In this document: in pieces, positions 9,256-20,063 of the stretch
How positions within the stretch are numbered: position 1 is the first letter of the stretch
Layout: each line of letters begins with the position of its first letter
Notes under the pieces: model-generated
What the model saw: only the letters and a program-made list of their open reading frames with translations
Told to the model about the DNA's origin: nothing
Databases searched by the model: none
Origin: Gloeobacterales cyanobacterium
Lineage (GTDB): Bacteria; Cyanobacteriota; Cyanobacteriia; Gloeobacterales; PMM-0068
Length of the DNA stretch: 64,000 nucleotides
NCBI GenBank assembly: GCA_038245785.1
Contig: JBBRSB010000013.1
Span: 32,001-96,000 of the forward strand
Direction of reading: 5' to 3'
Made by a program: the position numbers and the translations under genes

Positions 9256-11193
9256 ATGCATTTGACTTCAAAAATCTTTGTATCTATAGCTATTCTAATT
9301 TGTTCAGTTGGTGCTTTTCTTATCTCTTATTTTAGCGGGCATCTTCTTCAAGGACTTCTTTTTAATTCAGATGCCCTTTTTTTACCAACTTTGTTAAAAA
9401 ATCTATTTCAGGGCGGCGGAAGTATCAACGATTGGTATTTACCGTCTGTGCCTTTTTTCTTCCCTGACTACTTGGTTTTCTTAGGGGCCTATTTTTTAGA
9501 TGACAATATCTATAAACAAATTGCTATTTATTCAGTTTTTCAAGTCGCCTTTGTGTTTGTATCAATTTTTGTTATTGCTAAAGAGCTTGACCGCAAAAGC
9601 TCTCTGTTTGCCTCTGCTTTTGCTTCGGTCCTATTGGTTTGGCTTTCTTTAAATGGGGTAAAGCCATATATTTTTCTTCTCACAAGCGTATTCCATTTTG
9701 GAGCTTTTCTGATCGAAATATTAAGCTTAGCGCTCGCAATAAAATACTTTAGCTGCACAACAGAAAAACAAAAAAACAGAACAATATTTTACTTGTGTTG
9801 TCTGTCTTTTTTTGCGACACTTTCTGATACTTTATTTTTAGTTCAATTTTTAATTCCGCTATCTGCTTCAATTTTTATTATTAATGTTTCAACCCGCCAA
9901 AAAATAATCAACAATATTTATCTTGCTACACTCCCTCTAGTTTTCGGGATACTGGGATTATTGTCATACTCAGTGCTTTTTGAAAATAAGACGAAAGTCC
10001 CTATCATAATTGGCACAGAAAAAATAATTACTACGCTTGTTGATTTATTTGGAATTCTAAAAGTCTTGTTTATTAAATCACCGTTTTTTGTATTGTATTT
10101 CGTTGTTTTTTATGTGTTTTGTGCTTTGTGCCTTTTTTCTTTGTTTAAGCAAAGATATTTATTAAATCTTCCAAAAGAGATAGTTTATGCGGTTATTTTT
10201 GTGCTGTTTTCTACTGGCACCATGCTCTTCGCAGTTTTACTTGCTACCAATCAATCGGTTGCGGTCAGGTATTTTATTCCAGCTTTTTGTTGGCCGATTA
10301 TTATTGGAATGATTGTAACCGCATATTTTCTGAAGGATAAATTCTTTTACTTTGGAAGTGTGCTTTCTATTGCGGCAGTTATCCATCTTTGGTTTAATGC
10401 ACTTGAGTTGTTTAAAAAGTATGGGGTTTCTGAAAATTACTACCCAAATGAAATATCATGTATTGATGCTGCTTTAGCTAACGAGAATTTGAGTAACGGC
10501 ATCGCTGGCTACTGGGAGGCAAAATATATACAAGCCTTTAGTAAGTCTAAAATTACACTAGCCCAACACTTAGATAACCTAGAAGAGTATAGATTTATTA
10601 CTTCGAAAAATTTTTTTAAACCAACTTATGATTTTGCAATTGTTTCAAAAACTGATGAACCTACTTTTAGGATATCAAAAGAAGATTTGATTAAAATAAA
10701 TGGGGCTCCTAAAAAAACAGTTAATTGTGGCAAGAGAGATTTGTTAGTATATGGAAAAGACCGACTGAGAGTTCGAAAGACCGGGAAGGTAGGTGATTCC
10801 TACAAATGGATGGGATGTAAATTGCCCACTGTCATTGGAAAGTACACATCAAGTTGCGAAATTGAATCTACAGATCGCAATCATTCAGGTCGCGTATCTT
10901 TTGGCCCATACATAGGTCTTCTCTCTGGCCGCTATTCTTTTGAAATTGAATATGCCAGCTCTAAAAATAAGTCTGAACCTGCAGGAGATTGGGATGTGGT
11001 CATAGCTCTTCCTAATGAATCGAAGCCTCTTGCCCAGGGTTCTTTATTGGGAACCGACAGTAAAACTGAAAAAGTAAGAGGCGCCTTTACAGTAGAAAAT
11101 GCCTATAACAGGGAAAAGATTGAGATTAGAACCTTTGTTTACCAGGGAAGTACTATGAAAGTTAACTATCTAATAATTAAGCGCTTGGAGTAA
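9256..11193 (+). CDS. Polytopic membrane protein, possible GT-C-fold glycosyltransferase with C-terminal soluble domain
   Basis: Many TM segments; NSD and FFPD motifs after the first TM; GYWEA; C-terminal FGPYIGL..GRY beta domain; strongly AT-rich. Confidence 0.6.
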   Translation: MHLTSKIFVSIAILICSVGAFLISYFSGHLLQGLLFNSDALFLPTLLKNLFQGGGSINDWYLPSVPFFFPDYLVFLGAYFLDDNIYKQIAIYSVFQVAFVFVSIFVIAKELDRKSSLFASAFASVLLVWLSLNGVKPYIFLLTSVFHFGAFLIEILSLALAIKYFSCTTEKQKNRTIFYLCCLSFFATLSDTLFLVQFLIPLSASIFIINVSTRQKIINNIYLATLPLVFGILGLLSYSVLFENKTKVPIIIGTEKIITTLVDLFGILKVLFIKSPFFVLYFVVFYVFCALCLFSLFKQRYLLNLPKEIVYAVIFVLFSTGTMLFAVLLATNQSVAVRYFIPAFCWPIIIGMIVTAYFLKDKFFYFGSVLSIAAVIHLWFNALELFKKYGVSENYYPNEISCIDAALANENLSNGIAGYWEAKYIQAFSKSKITLAQHLDNLEEYRFITSKNFFKPTYDFAIVSKTDEPTFRISKEDLIKINGAPKKTVNCGKRDLLVYGKDRLRVRKTGKVGDSYKWMGCKLPTVIGKYTSSCEIESTDRNHSGRVSFGPYIGLLSGRYSFEIEYASSKNKSEPAGDWDVVIALPNESKPLAQGSLLGTDSKTEKVRGAFTVENAYNREKIEIRTFVYQGSTMKVNYLIIKRLE

Positions 11194-11241
11194 AATCTGC
11201 ATTCTTTTCTGTGCCGAATTACCCGTTTTTGGCGCTTCTTG

Positions 11242-11967
11242 CTAAAATTTAAAATGCTCTAAGGCTTCCAATATGCCCCAGGCATAGTTAGAACGGGCTA
11301 AATAGTGATGGGGTTGACCCTGTTGCTGATACCAGCTCAATAACTCTGGCAGTGCATTGCCGACGATCACGCCACGTTCCTGTTGCTGATAGAGGCTAAT
11401 GTCATTGCCCGAATCTCCACAGACTAAAGTTTCTTCAGGCTTCATGCCCAGTTGTCCGCGCAGATAGGTGGTGGCATTGCCCTTGTTACCTGCATCGGGA
11501 ACGATATCTACATCACGGCTGCCACTGAAGATCACTTGAGCCGCTAGTCCCGCTTCTATTAACTTCCCTTGCAGTTCTTTAAGAACAGGTGCATCAGCGA
11601 GATTTTCTAAATAAAAACTGACTTTCCAGCGTCCTTGGTCCGGCTCTGGTTGGCGTTCCAGGGCTTTGAAGCGCTTTGCCATATCTGCTACGGCCTTAAG
11701 GTCCCAATCCGCAGAAAGCTGGCCAGCCCAGGTGGAGTCCAGAGATTCTTGGCTATAAATCTCCGTCCCCACCGCCGTAATCCAATAGTCTGGTTCCAGA
11801 AGCGCCCTTTCATCCATGAGACGACGGGCAGAATCGTAGGAACGACCCGTCGAATAAGCTAAATAAATAGGCGCTTGCGCTCTTGATAGCCATTGGTTCA
11901 GCTTGGATGTGCCAGCATCATCACCCACCAGGGTGTTGTCGAGGTCCGTAACAAGCAGTAGGCTCAT
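11242..11967 (-). CDS. spp: Sucrose-phosphate phosphatase (HAD, S6PP family)
   Basis: DLDNTLVGDD, STGRS, NKGNA, CGDSGND motifs; 4-nt ATGA overlap with the upstream GT4 gene. Confidence 0.92.
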   Translation of the reverse strand: MSLLLVTDLDNTLVGDDAGTSKLNQWLSRAQAPIYLAYSTGRSYDSARRLMDERALLEPDYWITAVGTEIYSQESLDSTWAGQLSADWDLKAVADMAKRFKALERQPEPDQGRWKVSFYLENLADAPVLKELQGKLIEAGLAAQVIFSGSRDVDIVPDAGNKGNATTYLRGQLGMKPEETLVCGDSGNDISLYQQQERGVIVGNALPELLSWYQQQGQPHHYLARSNYAWGILEALEHFKF

Positions 11968-13286
11968 TTGACCGACGATTTAGGGGCTAGAGATGCATAG
12001 AGCTGTTTGAGCTGACCGGCAACCCCAGACCAGCTAAACACCTCTTGCACGTGCTGTTGGGCAGCGACCCCATATCTTTTCCAGAGATCAGGCTGTTCAA
12101 AGACCTGAGTCAGCGCTTCTGCCAAGGCATCCGGGTCTTTAGGCGAAACCAAAAGCCCCGTGACACAGGGACGAACCGTGTATTTCAAGCCACCGACATT
12201 GCTGGCGATGACGGGAGTGCCAGAAGCCATGGCCTCCAAGGCAACCAAGCCGAAAGGTTCGTAGTGACTAGGGATGACGCAAACATTAGCGGCTGCGTAG
12301 TAGAGCAGCAAGTCCGCATCGGAGACCCGACCCGTGAAGATGACGGTTTCTTCCAGTCCCAGTTTTTTGACCAAGGCTTTGAGTCGCTTGGTTTCCTTAT
12401 CATCGGCACTGCCTGGACGGCTTCCCCCGACGATATAAACCTGACCCTTGGGCACTTGGCCTGAGGCTGAGGACTCGGAAAGACTACCCAGCTTGGCCCA
12501 AGCCTGGATCAAGGTATCAATCCCTTTGCGTGGGTCAAAACGACCGACATAGGCCACCATCGGCATATCGGGGTCGAGTCCCAGCTGCTCACGGGCCTGC
12601 TCCTGATGGACCAAACCATAGCGTTGGGTATCGGTACCACAGGGAATAATTCGAACCGTTCCTTTCTTAGAAACGAACTTGCGCAGGTCCGCCTCTTCAT
12701 TTGGGCTAGTCGAGACTACACAATCCGCTTCCTCCAAGAGTTTCTTTTCTACATCTAAGCGGGTTTGAGCAATCTCAGGCCATTCTCCGGTGGTTTTGAA
12801 CTTGACAGCACCAATGGAGTGATAGGTGTGCACTTGAGGGATGTGTAGTTGCTCTTTCAGTTGCATCCCAACCCAGGCAGAGAGCCAGTAATTGGTATGG
12901 AGCAACTCATAGGTACGACCTTCCTTTTTTTGGAAGTCTAACCAGGCTTCTACATAGGCAGGAAGATATTGGAATAACTCAGTTCTGGGAATGTATTCGG
13001 CCGGTCCTGCATCGAGGCGAATGGTTCGGCAGCCAGGAGCATGATGGACAATAGCGGCTTGGTCCGGATCCTGTCTCCGCGTAAACAGGTCTATCTGACA
13101 GCCCAAATGGGCGAGGGCAATGCCCACTTCTCGGACATAGACATTTTGGCCTCCAGATCCTTCCTCCCCAATGGGCGCAGCAGGATCACCGTGAACAGAA
13201 ATTAAAGCATACGTAGGTTTGGAGTCCCTCTGCATAGTAGTGCCCGTAGAACCAGGCGCAAAGGACTTCTTGTGTGGGGTAGGCAT
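11964..13286 (-). CDS. sps: GT4 glycosyltransferase, minimal sucrose-phosphate synthase (SpsB type)
   Basis: ALISVHGDP...GGQNVYV, GRFDPRKG, EPFGLVALEAMA; translationally coupled to spp. Confidence 0.82.
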   Translation of the reverse strand: MPTPHKKSFAPGSTGTTMQRDSKPTYALISVHGDPAAPIGEEGSGGQNVYVREVGIALAHLGCQIDLFTRRQDPDQAAIVHHAPGCRTIRLDAGPAEYIPRTELFQYLPAYVEAWLDFQKKEGRTYELLHTNYWLSAWVGMQLKEQLHIPQVHTYHSIGAVKFKTTGEWPEIAQTRLDVEKKLLEEADCVVSTSPNEEADLRKFVSKKGTVRIIPCGTDTQRYGLVHQEQAREQLGLDPDMPMVAYVGRFDPRKGIDTLIQAWAKLGSLSESSASGQVPKGQVYIVGGSRPGSADDKETKRLKALVKKLGLEETVIFTGRVSDADLLLYYAAANVCVIPSHYEPFGLVALEAMASGTPVIASNVGGLKYTVRPCVTGLLVSPKDPDALAEALTQVFEQPDLWKRYGVAAQQHVQEVFSWSGVAGQLKQLYASLAPKSSVK

Positions 13287-13552
13287 TATAAATACCGACC
13301 TCCTGTAGAGACGTCATAGCTCCATAATAAACGCTAGGAAATGATAATTGGGTATCAAAGTTATCAATGAATACGTTCAACAATCGTTATAAACCATAGC
13401 CCGCACATGTTTGCCCCTGTTCAATAATTTCAAAGAAACTACATTCTACAAGTACGCTGAGCCCAAAATCTTAGGATAGAGAATATGAATTCATAGTTTT
13501 GGTACCGCACATCTCTATGAAATCAATTTAAAATCGTTCTATATCAGAGCCC

Positions 13553-15091
13553 GTGCTTGTTTATTCAATGATGAAATCCCAGAAAAAAGCCACATCTCAC
13601 GAAAAATCAGTTATCGAATCTGCGCGCGCTCTACTCTACGAACAAGCCTTGGTTTACTACGAAGGAAAACCGATTGGGGCTGTAGCTGCCATTCCACAGC
13701 GGCCTTCCCGCCATGAAAAAGGGGCTGCTTCCACACTCGATTTGAACTACATCGAGGTCTTCATTCGTGACAATGTTCCGGTGATGATCTATTTTTTGGT
13801 CGATGGGAAAGCGGAAATCGTACGGGATTTTCTAGATACCTGTTTAAGTTTGCAGAGCGATACGTTTGAAACGGCTGGGGTCTTTCCGACCAGTTTTACG
13901 GAGCATCAAGGCTCTTTGGTGGCGGACTATGGGCAACGGGCCATTGGGCGAGTCGCTTCTGTAGATGCTACGCTCTGGTGGCCGATTTTGGCCTACATCT
14001 ATGTACAGCGGACGGGCGACCGAGCCTGGGCCTGTCAACCGCAGGTGCAGATGGGACTGCGCAGATTTCTCGGCTTGATTCTGCACCCCTGGTTCCGAGA
14101 GGCTCCCACCTTGCAGGTACCCGATGGTGCCTTCATGATTGATCGCCCGCTTGATGTTTGGGGCGCTCCTTTGGAGATTCAGACTCTTTTGCATGGAGCT
14201 TTACTCAGTTCTGCCGGACTGATCCAGATAGACCTGGAGGCTAAAGGGTGCTGTGGGCTGCTCGACCAGAGCTGTACCAAACGGCCTAAGTTAGATGCTT
14301 TTACCGAGCAGCAAGTGGTTCAATTTCGGCAGACGATTGGTTGGGTCAAGCGCCTACGGACTTATTTGCTGAAGCATTACTGGGTCAACACAAAGTCTGT
14401 GCAGGTCCTCCGCAGACGCCCTACGGAGCAATACGGCGACAGGATCGTCAACGAACACAATATTCAGGTGGAAACCATTCCCCATTGGCTGCAGGCATGG
14501 ATGGGTAATGAGGGTGGTTATTTGATCGGCAATATCCGGACGGGGCGACCCGATTTTCGCTTCTTTACCCTAGGAAATTGCCTGGGCGCTATTTTTGATG
14601 TTCTGAGCCCTTTTCAACAGCAGTCTCTCTTCCAGCTAATATCTCAAAATCGGGTAGACCTCATAGGCCAAATGCCTTTGAGAATATGCCATCCTCCTTT
14701 GGAAGATGTGGACTGGCGCAAGAAAACGGGCTATGACCGCAAGAACTTGCCCTGGTGCTATCACAATGCAGGCCATTGGCCCTGTCTCTTGTGGTTTTTG
14801 GCGATTGCCGCCCTGCGCCATCAACAGCGCCATAGTCCCCACAACGAGATGGCGATCATGGAAGTCATACAGTCTTCCTACGAGTTGCTGCTTCAGCGCT
14901 TGCCTCAACAGGGTTGGGCGGAATACTTCGATGGCCCAACGGGTTTGTGGATAGGACAACAGGCTCGTCTCAACCAAACTTGGACAATTACAGGTTTTCT
15001 ACTAATGCATCATTTGTTGAGGGTTAACCCAGCCGATGCCCGAATTATGGACCTCCCCGATCTCAGGACTCTGATCAAACTTCACACCTAG
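13553..15091 (+). CDS. Alkaline/neutral invertase (GH100)
   Basis: LNY.EVFIRD, ADYGQRAIGRV.SVD..LWW, DFRFFTLGN, YHNAGHWP, WAEYFDG, QTWTI. Start may be ATG 13568 or 13571. Confidence 0.93.
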   Translation: MLVYSMMKSQKKATSHEKSVIESARALLYEQALVYYEGKPIGAVAAIPQRPSRHEKGAASTLDLNYIEVFIRDNVPVMIYFLVDGKAEIVRDFLDTCLSLQSDTFETAGVFPTSFTEHQGSLVADYGQRAIGRVASVDATLWWPILAYIYVQRTGDRAWACQPQVQMGLRRFLGLILHPWFREAPTLQVPDGAFMIDRPLDVWGAPLEIQTLLHGALLSSAGLIQIDLEAKGCCGLLDQSCTKRPKLDAFTEQQVVQFRQTIGWVKRLRTYLLKHYWVNTKSVQVLRRRPTEQYGDRIVNEHNIQVETIPHWLQAWMGNEGGYLIGNIRTGRPDFRFFTLGNCLGAIFDVLSPFQQQSLFQLISQNRVDLIGQMPLRICHPPLEDVDWRKKTGYDRKNLPWCYHNAGHWPCLLWFLAIAALRHQQRHSPHNEMAIMEVIQSSYELLLQRLPQQGWAEYFDGPTGLWIGQQARLNQTWTITGFLLMHHLLRVNPADARIMDLPDLRTLIKLHT

Positions 15092-15178
15092 CGCTCAATT
15101 CTTAGTTCTGCAGGGTCCGTTATGATTAAGCCGATTGGAAAGATTGTTAGCGATGGCGGGAGCTGCCCTCTTAGCAAG

Positions 15179-15380
15179 CTACGGTATACACAGATCTCTG
15201 ATTCCTTTTCAACCCTGACCCCCCTTAATTCCCCCTTGGCAAGGGGGGAAATGGCGAAGATCCGATTCCCTCCCCTTACTACTAGGCGTAAGCCTTCCCG
15301 GAGGGTGGGGAGGGTTAGGGTGGGGTCGTATACCCAAGCTCATGCTCATAAATTATTTCAAACTTATGCGTACACGGTAG
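15179..15380. mobile_element. ~200-bp MITE-like element
   Basis: Ends CTACGGTATACACA (15179) and TGCGTACACGGTAG (15380) are imperfect inverted repeats (11/14); C/G-tract palindromes inside; degenerate flanking duplication TTAGCAAG/TTAGTAAG. Confidence 0.7.
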
Positions 15381-15442
15381 CCATTAGTAAGGGGGGCAAG
15401 ACCACTCAAAGCGCAAAGTTGACTTTTGGCTGGGGGGATCTG
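15381..15442 (-). repeat. Dispersed ~75-bp palindromic repeat, copy A (interrupted by the MITE)
   Basis: Reverse complement AGATCCCCCCAGCCAAAAGTCAACTTTG...CCCCCCTTACTAA matches the copies at 25765 and 49680. Confidence 0.8.
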
Positions 15443-15444
15443 TA

Positions 15445-15816
15445 ATGCCGGATCTGCTGTTGATTATGTTAGGTGGTGCCTTGGGTGCTGTGGCCCGATA
15501 TGGGGTGGGGCTTGGTGCTGCCCAACTTTTTGGCCCAACGTTTCCGATTGGCACGATGTTTATCAATATCAGTGGCTCATTTGTTTTAGGAGTTTTAGTC
15601 TCTCTAAGTGGACCGATGGCGATTGGGCCTAACACTCGTTTGTTTTTGGCAACAGGTTTTTGTGGAGCCTACACAACGTTCAGTACCTTCAGTGTGGAAA
15701 CGTTAAATCTCATGGAAAAAGGAAGCTACGGATTGGCGCTAGTCTATCTTTTAGGAAACCTGGTAGGCGGGATTTTGGCGGCCTGGGCAGGTTTTATTGT
15801 TGCTAGAACCTTATGA
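15445..15816 (+). CDS. crcB: Fluoride efflux channel CrcB/Fluc
   Basis: GGALGAVARY, GTMFINISGSF, GFCGAYTTFSTF. Confidence 0.96.
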   Translation: MPDLLLIMLGGALGAVARYGVGLGAAQLFGPTFPIGTMFINISGSFVLGVLVSLSGPMAIGPNTRLFLATGFCGAYTTFSTFSVETLNLMEKGSYGLALVYLLGNLVGGILAAWAGFIVARTL

Positions 15817-15867
15817 ATAATAAAGTGTCTATTCTGAGTAAAGCCCTCTAGATGGTGGAGAAAAAAC

Positions 15868-17220
15868 ATGGCTCATGCTTGCTGTGGACCTGGTTATGCC
15901 TCTCCAGAAGAGGCGATGAAGGCAGACCAAGAAAAGCTGCTGTATACCGTTGCGCTGTATGTCGGCACAGGTATTGAAGAACCTGATTATTTGGCAACGG
16001 TCGATGTTGACCCAGGGTCGCCCATGTACACCCAGGTGATCCATCGCCTCCCTATGCCCTATGTCGGGGATGAATTGCATCACTTTGGCTGGAATGCCTG
16101 TAGTTCCTGTCACGGAGATGCCAGCAAGTCGCGCAAGTTTTTAATCCTTCCAGGCATACGTTCCAGCCGTATTTATATAGTGGATACTTCGGAAGCGAAA
16201 GCGCCCAAGATGCATAAGGTAATTGAGCCAGAGGAAATCAAGGAAAAAGCTAATCTCACCGCTCCTCATACCGTGCACTGTTTGGCCAATGGTCAGGTGA
16301 TGATCTCGATGCTAGGAGATAGCGAGGGCAATGGTCCTGGAGGCTTTCTCCTCCTGGATGAAAACTTTGATATTGCGGGGCGCTGGGAACAGCAAGCGGA
16401 TGCGATGAAGTTCAACTATGACTTCTGGTATCAGCCACGTCACAACATCATGGTAAGCAGTGAATGGGCTGCTCCGAAAACGTTTTATCCTGGTTTCGAT
16501 CTCAAGGATGTCTCAGCAGGCAATTATGGACAGCAGCTCCATTTCTGGGACTGGCAGAAGCATGACATCATTCACAGTGTTAACCTGGGTGAAGAAGGCT
16601 TGATTCCGCTGGAAGTGCGCTTTCACCACAATCCCGACAGTACCCACGGCTATGTGGGGGCGGCACTCAGCAGTAATATCTGGCACTGGCACAAGAGCAA
16701 TGGAAATTGGGATGTAAGCAAGGCGGTCGACGTGCCTTCCGTGGACCTGGAAGGCTGGCCTTTCCCCGTTCCTTCTTTGATTACTGATTTGCTCCTGTCT
16801 CTGGATGACCGCTATTTATATTTCTCTAACTGGTTGCATGGGGACATCCGTCAATACGACCTTAGCGATCCGGCACATCCGAAGCTTACGGGGCAGGTTT
16901 GGTGTGGAGGACTTTTGGGAAAAAGTGGGGAAGTCAATGGTCAGAAGTTGGCTGGTGGTCCTCAAATGCTGCAATTGAGTTTGGATGGCAAACGACTCTA
17001 TGTCACCAGTTCTCTCTTCAGTACCTGGGACAATCAGTTCTATCCAGACCTGGCGAAAACAGGTTCCTATATCCTGCAAATTGACTGCGACACGGAAAAT
17101 GGTGGACTTTCTATTAATGAGAACTTCTATGTTGACTTTGGCAAGGAACCTAAGGGTCCTGCCCGTGCTCATGAGATGCGCTATCCAGGAGGAGATGTCA
17201 CCTCTGATATTTGGTTTTAG
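15868..17220 (+). CDS. Selenium-binding protein SBP56 family (methanethiol oxidase/SELENBP1 homologue)
   Basis: [60 protein letters not shown]; no signal peptide. Confidence 0.95.
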   Translation: MAHACCGPGYASPEEAMKADQEKLLYTVALYVGTGIEEPDYLATVDVDPGSPMYTQVIHRLPMPYVGDELHHFGWNACSSCHGDASKSRKFLILPGIRSSRIYIVDTSEAKAPKMHKVIEPEEIKEKANLTAPHTVHCLANGQVMISMLGDSEGNGPGGFLLLDENFDIAGRWEQQADAMKFNYDFWYQPRHNIMVSSEWAAPKTFYPGFDLKDVSAGNYGQQLHFWDWQKHDIIHSVNLGEEGLIPLEVRFHHNPDSTHGYVGAALSSNIWHWHKSNGNWDVSKAVDVPSVDLEGWPFPVPSLITDLLLSLDDRYLYFSNWLHGDIRQYDLSDPAHPKLTGQVWCGGLLGKSGEVNGQKLAGGPQMLQLSLDGKRLYVTSSLFSTWDNQFYPDLAKTGSYILQIDCDTENGGLSINENFYVDFGKEPKGPARAHEMRYPGGDVTSDIWF

Positions 17221-17229
17221 CAATAACCC

Positions 17230-17410
17230 ATGAAAACGTACCGGATTGAGTTACTTAATCGTAAACGATTACCGTAGAAGTAGCGGAAGACCAATATATT
17301 TTGCAAGCAGTGGAACAGGCTGGATTGCGCTTGCCTGTGGGCTGTTGCTATGGGGCGTGTATCACCTGTGCTGCCAAACTGATTCAAGGGGAAGTAGAAC
17401 AATCTCAGAA
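17230..17410 (+). pseudogene. 2Fe-2S ferredoxin, frameshifted and 3'-truncated
   Basis: MKTYRIELLNRK stops at 17275; a shifted frame reads TVEVAEDQYILQAVEQAGLRLPVGCCYGACITCAAKLIQGEVEQS; the fourth cluster Cys is absent. Confidence 0.85.
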
Positions 17411-17427
17411 TATTTGCCTCAAACCAG

Positions 17428-17636
17428 GGCGTTGCACAATGGAGGCATGATTATTGAGATACATGGTCAGGCAGTTACTCTTGATTTCTTCAGGATACCC
17501 TTGAGGGTGATGGGAAACAGTAAATTGCTTGCGGCAGAGGTCACAAATATAGTATTGCATGCCTCGCCGAAAGCCATTTTTTGCGAAATTTTCGGATTGA
17601 CGGGTAGGGCGTCTCATACCTCTATTATGCAACGCA
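17428..17636 (-). mobile_element. Internally deleted IS1-family derivative
   Basis: 22-bp inverted repeats GCGTTGCA(C/T)AAT(G/A)GAGG(C/T)ATGA at both ends; encodes an InsA-like fragment KNGFRRGMQYYICDLCRKQF...GYPEEIKSNCLTMYLN. Confidence 0.8.
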
Positions 17637-17656
17637 TGGAATCTGACTGCCTTTGA

Positions 17657-17691
17657 CAAAAACGGGCCCGCCAACCGGCAGGCCCGCTTAT
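17657..17691 (-). terminator. Probable terminator hairpin downstream of katG
   Basis: CGGGCCCGCC...GGCAGGCCCG stem with an adjacent A-tract (U-tract on the minus strand). Confidence 0.55.
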
Positions 17692-17712
17692 ATACCGCAA
17701 ACTATGAAGCGG

Positions 17713-19956
17713 TTAGTTGGGCTTCACATCATAGCGGTCGAGCATCATTACCTTATGCCACGCTTTGACGAAGTCCTTGACGAAGCGCTCATGGCCGCCA
17801 CTTTCAGCATAGAACTCTGCCAAGTTGCGTAGTTGCGCATTGGAACCGATTACTAGGTCGCATCGTGTTGCGGTAAACTTGGTCTCGCCAGTCGCGCGGA
17901 CGTTGACCGTGAAGCTTGCGCCATTCTCGTCCGTTTTATTCCACTCGTAATCCATGCTGCACAGATTGACGAAGAAGTCGTTTGTTAGGACGCCAGGACG
18001 GTCGGTGAAAACACCGTGTTTTGACCCGTCATAGTTGGTGTCGAGCACCCGCAGGCCGCCAACCAGCACCGTCCATTCGGGTGCCGTCAGTGTCATCAGC
18101 GCCGCACGGTCGAGAAAGAAGTTTTCTGGCGATACCCGGTCGAACTCGGCCTCGTGGTAGTTGCGAAAGCCGTCAGAAACCGGGCGGAGCCATTCGAACT
18201 GCTCGATGTCGGTCAATTCCTGCGTTGTATCCATGCGACCGGGAATAAAGGGCACAATCACATCCACGCCAGCATTCTTCGCTGCCCGCTCAACAGCTGC
18301 GCAGCCGCCCAGCACAATTAGGTCGGCAACGGAAACCTTCGTCCCGCCGCTAGCTGACGCGTTGAAGTCGGTCATGATCGCCTCAAGTGCGGCGACCACC
18401 TTCTGCACCCGTGGCGGATTATTGACCTCCCAATCTTTCTGCGGGGCCAAGCGAATACGCCCGCCATTGGCACCGCCGCGTTTATCAGTGTTACGGTAGG
18501 TCGCCGCTGAACTCCACGCGACGCTGGCCAATTCAGAGACCGACAAGCCTGAACTCAGGATTTTTTCTTTTAGGTTAGCAATGTCCGATTGGCCGATCAC
18601 TGAATGATCAAGTGGCGGGATTGGATCCTGCCAGGAGAAATCCTCTGGTGCGACGTCGGGTCCGAGATAGCGACTCTTAGGGCCCATATCACGGTGAGTC
18701 AGCTTATACCAAGCCTTTGAAAAAGCATCGGTAAAGGCATCGAAGTCATTGAGGAACTTCTCGCAGGCCTTGCGATATTCGGGATCGATCTTGAGCGCGA
18801 TGTCCGATGTCATCATCATCAGCGGATGGTCAACGCCCGGAAGATGCGCGTCGGGCGTCTTGGGCGCGTTCGGATCGGTCGGCGTCCACTGGATCGCACC
18901 AATCGGGCTGCGCGTCTGTTCCCATTCAAATTTGAACAGGTTCTCCAGATAGCTGTTGTCCCACTGAACCGGATTTGGTGTCCAACTTCCCTCGATCCCA
19001 TTAGTCATAGTATATTCGGCATATCCGGTGCCTTCGGGGTTCATCCAGCCGAGCCCCATCGCCTCTATCGGAGCCGCTTCAGGCGGAGGTCCGATCTTGT
19101 CCTTATCGACCATGCCGTGGCTCTTGCCGAAAGCATGTCCGCCAGCGATCAGCGCTACGGTTTCCTCGTCGTTCATCGCCATTCGCGAAAAGGTGATGCG
19201 AATATCGCGCGCCGAGCCAATCGGATCGCCATTCGCGTAGGGCCCTTCCGGATTGACGTAAATCAACGCCTGATGGGACGCTGCAAGCGGGTTTTCCAGA
19301 TCATAGTCAGCGTCCCCATTCTGGCCGCGCCAACGCTTGTCGCGCGTAACCATCTGGCCATTGTCCCAGCATTCCGGGCCCCAATAGGTCGCATCGTCAG
19401 CCTCCCACGCATCGCGGCGACCGCCGCCAAAGCCTGCCGGCGTCAACCCCATGATTTCCAGCGCACAATTGCCCGTCAGCACCATGAGGTCACCCCAGCT
19501 CAGCGCGGCGCCATATTTCTGCTTGATCGGCCAGAGCAGTCGCCGCGACTTGTCGGTATTGCCGTTGTCCTCCCAGCTGTTGATCGGCGCAAAACGCTGC
19601 ATCGCTTCACCGGCGCCACCGCGACCATCCGCAATGCGGTAGGTGCCGGCAGCATGCCACGCCATGCGCACCATTTGCGGGCCGTAGTGGCCGTAGTCAG
19701 ACGGCCACCAGGATACGGAGGAAGATAGGAACGTCTTGATATCCTGCTTTACCTGGTCGAAGTCGAGCTTGTTGAATTCGGCTGCATAATCGAAATCCTC
19801 GGGTAGCGGATTGGCCTGGGGCCCGTCGCGGTGAAGGATTTCGACGCGCAACCTATTTGGCCACCAATCTTCGAGCGTCGGCTTGAATCCCTGCGCTCCG
19901 CCAATGCGATCGCCGGTAAAAGGGCATTTCCCAGTGGTAATGTCATTCATGATCAT
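17713..19956 (-). CDS. katG: Catalase-peroxidase
   Basis: [63 protein letters not shown] (start may be 19950). Confidence 0.97.
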   Translation of the reverse strand: MIMNDITTGKCPFTGDRIGGAQGFKPTLEDWWPNRLRVEILHRDGPQANPLPEDFDYAAEFNKLDFDQVKQDIKTFLSSSVSWWPSDYGHYGPQMVRMAWHAAGTYRIADGRGGAGEAMQRFAPINSWEDNGNTDKSRRLLWPIKQKYGAALSWGDLMVLTGNCALEIMGLTPAGFGGGRRDAWEADDATYWGPECWDNGQMVTRDKRWRGQNGDADYDLENPLAASHQALIYVNPEGPYANGDPIGSARDIRITFSRMAMNDEETVALIAGGHAFGKSHGMVDKDKIGPPPEAAPIEAMGLGWMNPEGTGYAEYTMTNGIEGSWTPNPVQWDNSYLENLFKFEWEQTRSPIGAIQWTPTDPNAPKTPDAHLPGVDHPLMMMTSDIALKIDPEYRKACEKFLNDFDAFTDAFSKAWYKLTHRDMGPKSRYLGPDVAPEDFSWQDPIPPLDHSVIGQSDIANLKEKILSSGLSVSELASVAWSSAATYRNTDKRGGANGGRIRLAPQKDWEVNNPPRVQKVVAALEAIMTDFNASASGGTKVSVADLIVLGGCAAVERAAKNAGVDVIVPFIPGRMDTTQELTDIEQFEWLRPVSDGFRNYHEAEFDRVSPENFFLDRAALMTLTAPEWTVLVGGLRVLDTNYDGSKHGVFTDRPGVLTNDFFVNLCSMDYEWNKTDENGASFTVNVRATGETKFTATRCDLVIGSNAQLRNLAEFYAESGGHERFVKDFVKAWHKVMMLDRYDVKPN

Positions 19957-20063
19957 TGTCTCCTATTCAATCTCTGCGGGTCAGATTCCTCGCCTCTTGC
20001 AGCGCATAGAATCACTTCATCAGAAATGCACTAATGATCCAGCTTAGCTAAACCGCAGGGTTG

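Noticed and set aside
15140..15178. Possible fluoride riboswitch upstream of crcB (GCGATGG)
   Set aside because: Only a short match; the GTTCGCC and downstream conserved elements are missing.
15122..15445. 107-aa ORF upstream of crcB
   Set aside because: Made almost entirely of MITE and repeat sequence.
17246..17656. 136-aa plus-strand ORF
   Set aside because: Off-frame read-through across the ferredoxin pseudogene and the IS1 remnant.
18826..19728. 300-aa plus-strand ORF
   Set aside because: Antisense shadow of the GC-rich katG, with no recognisable domain.
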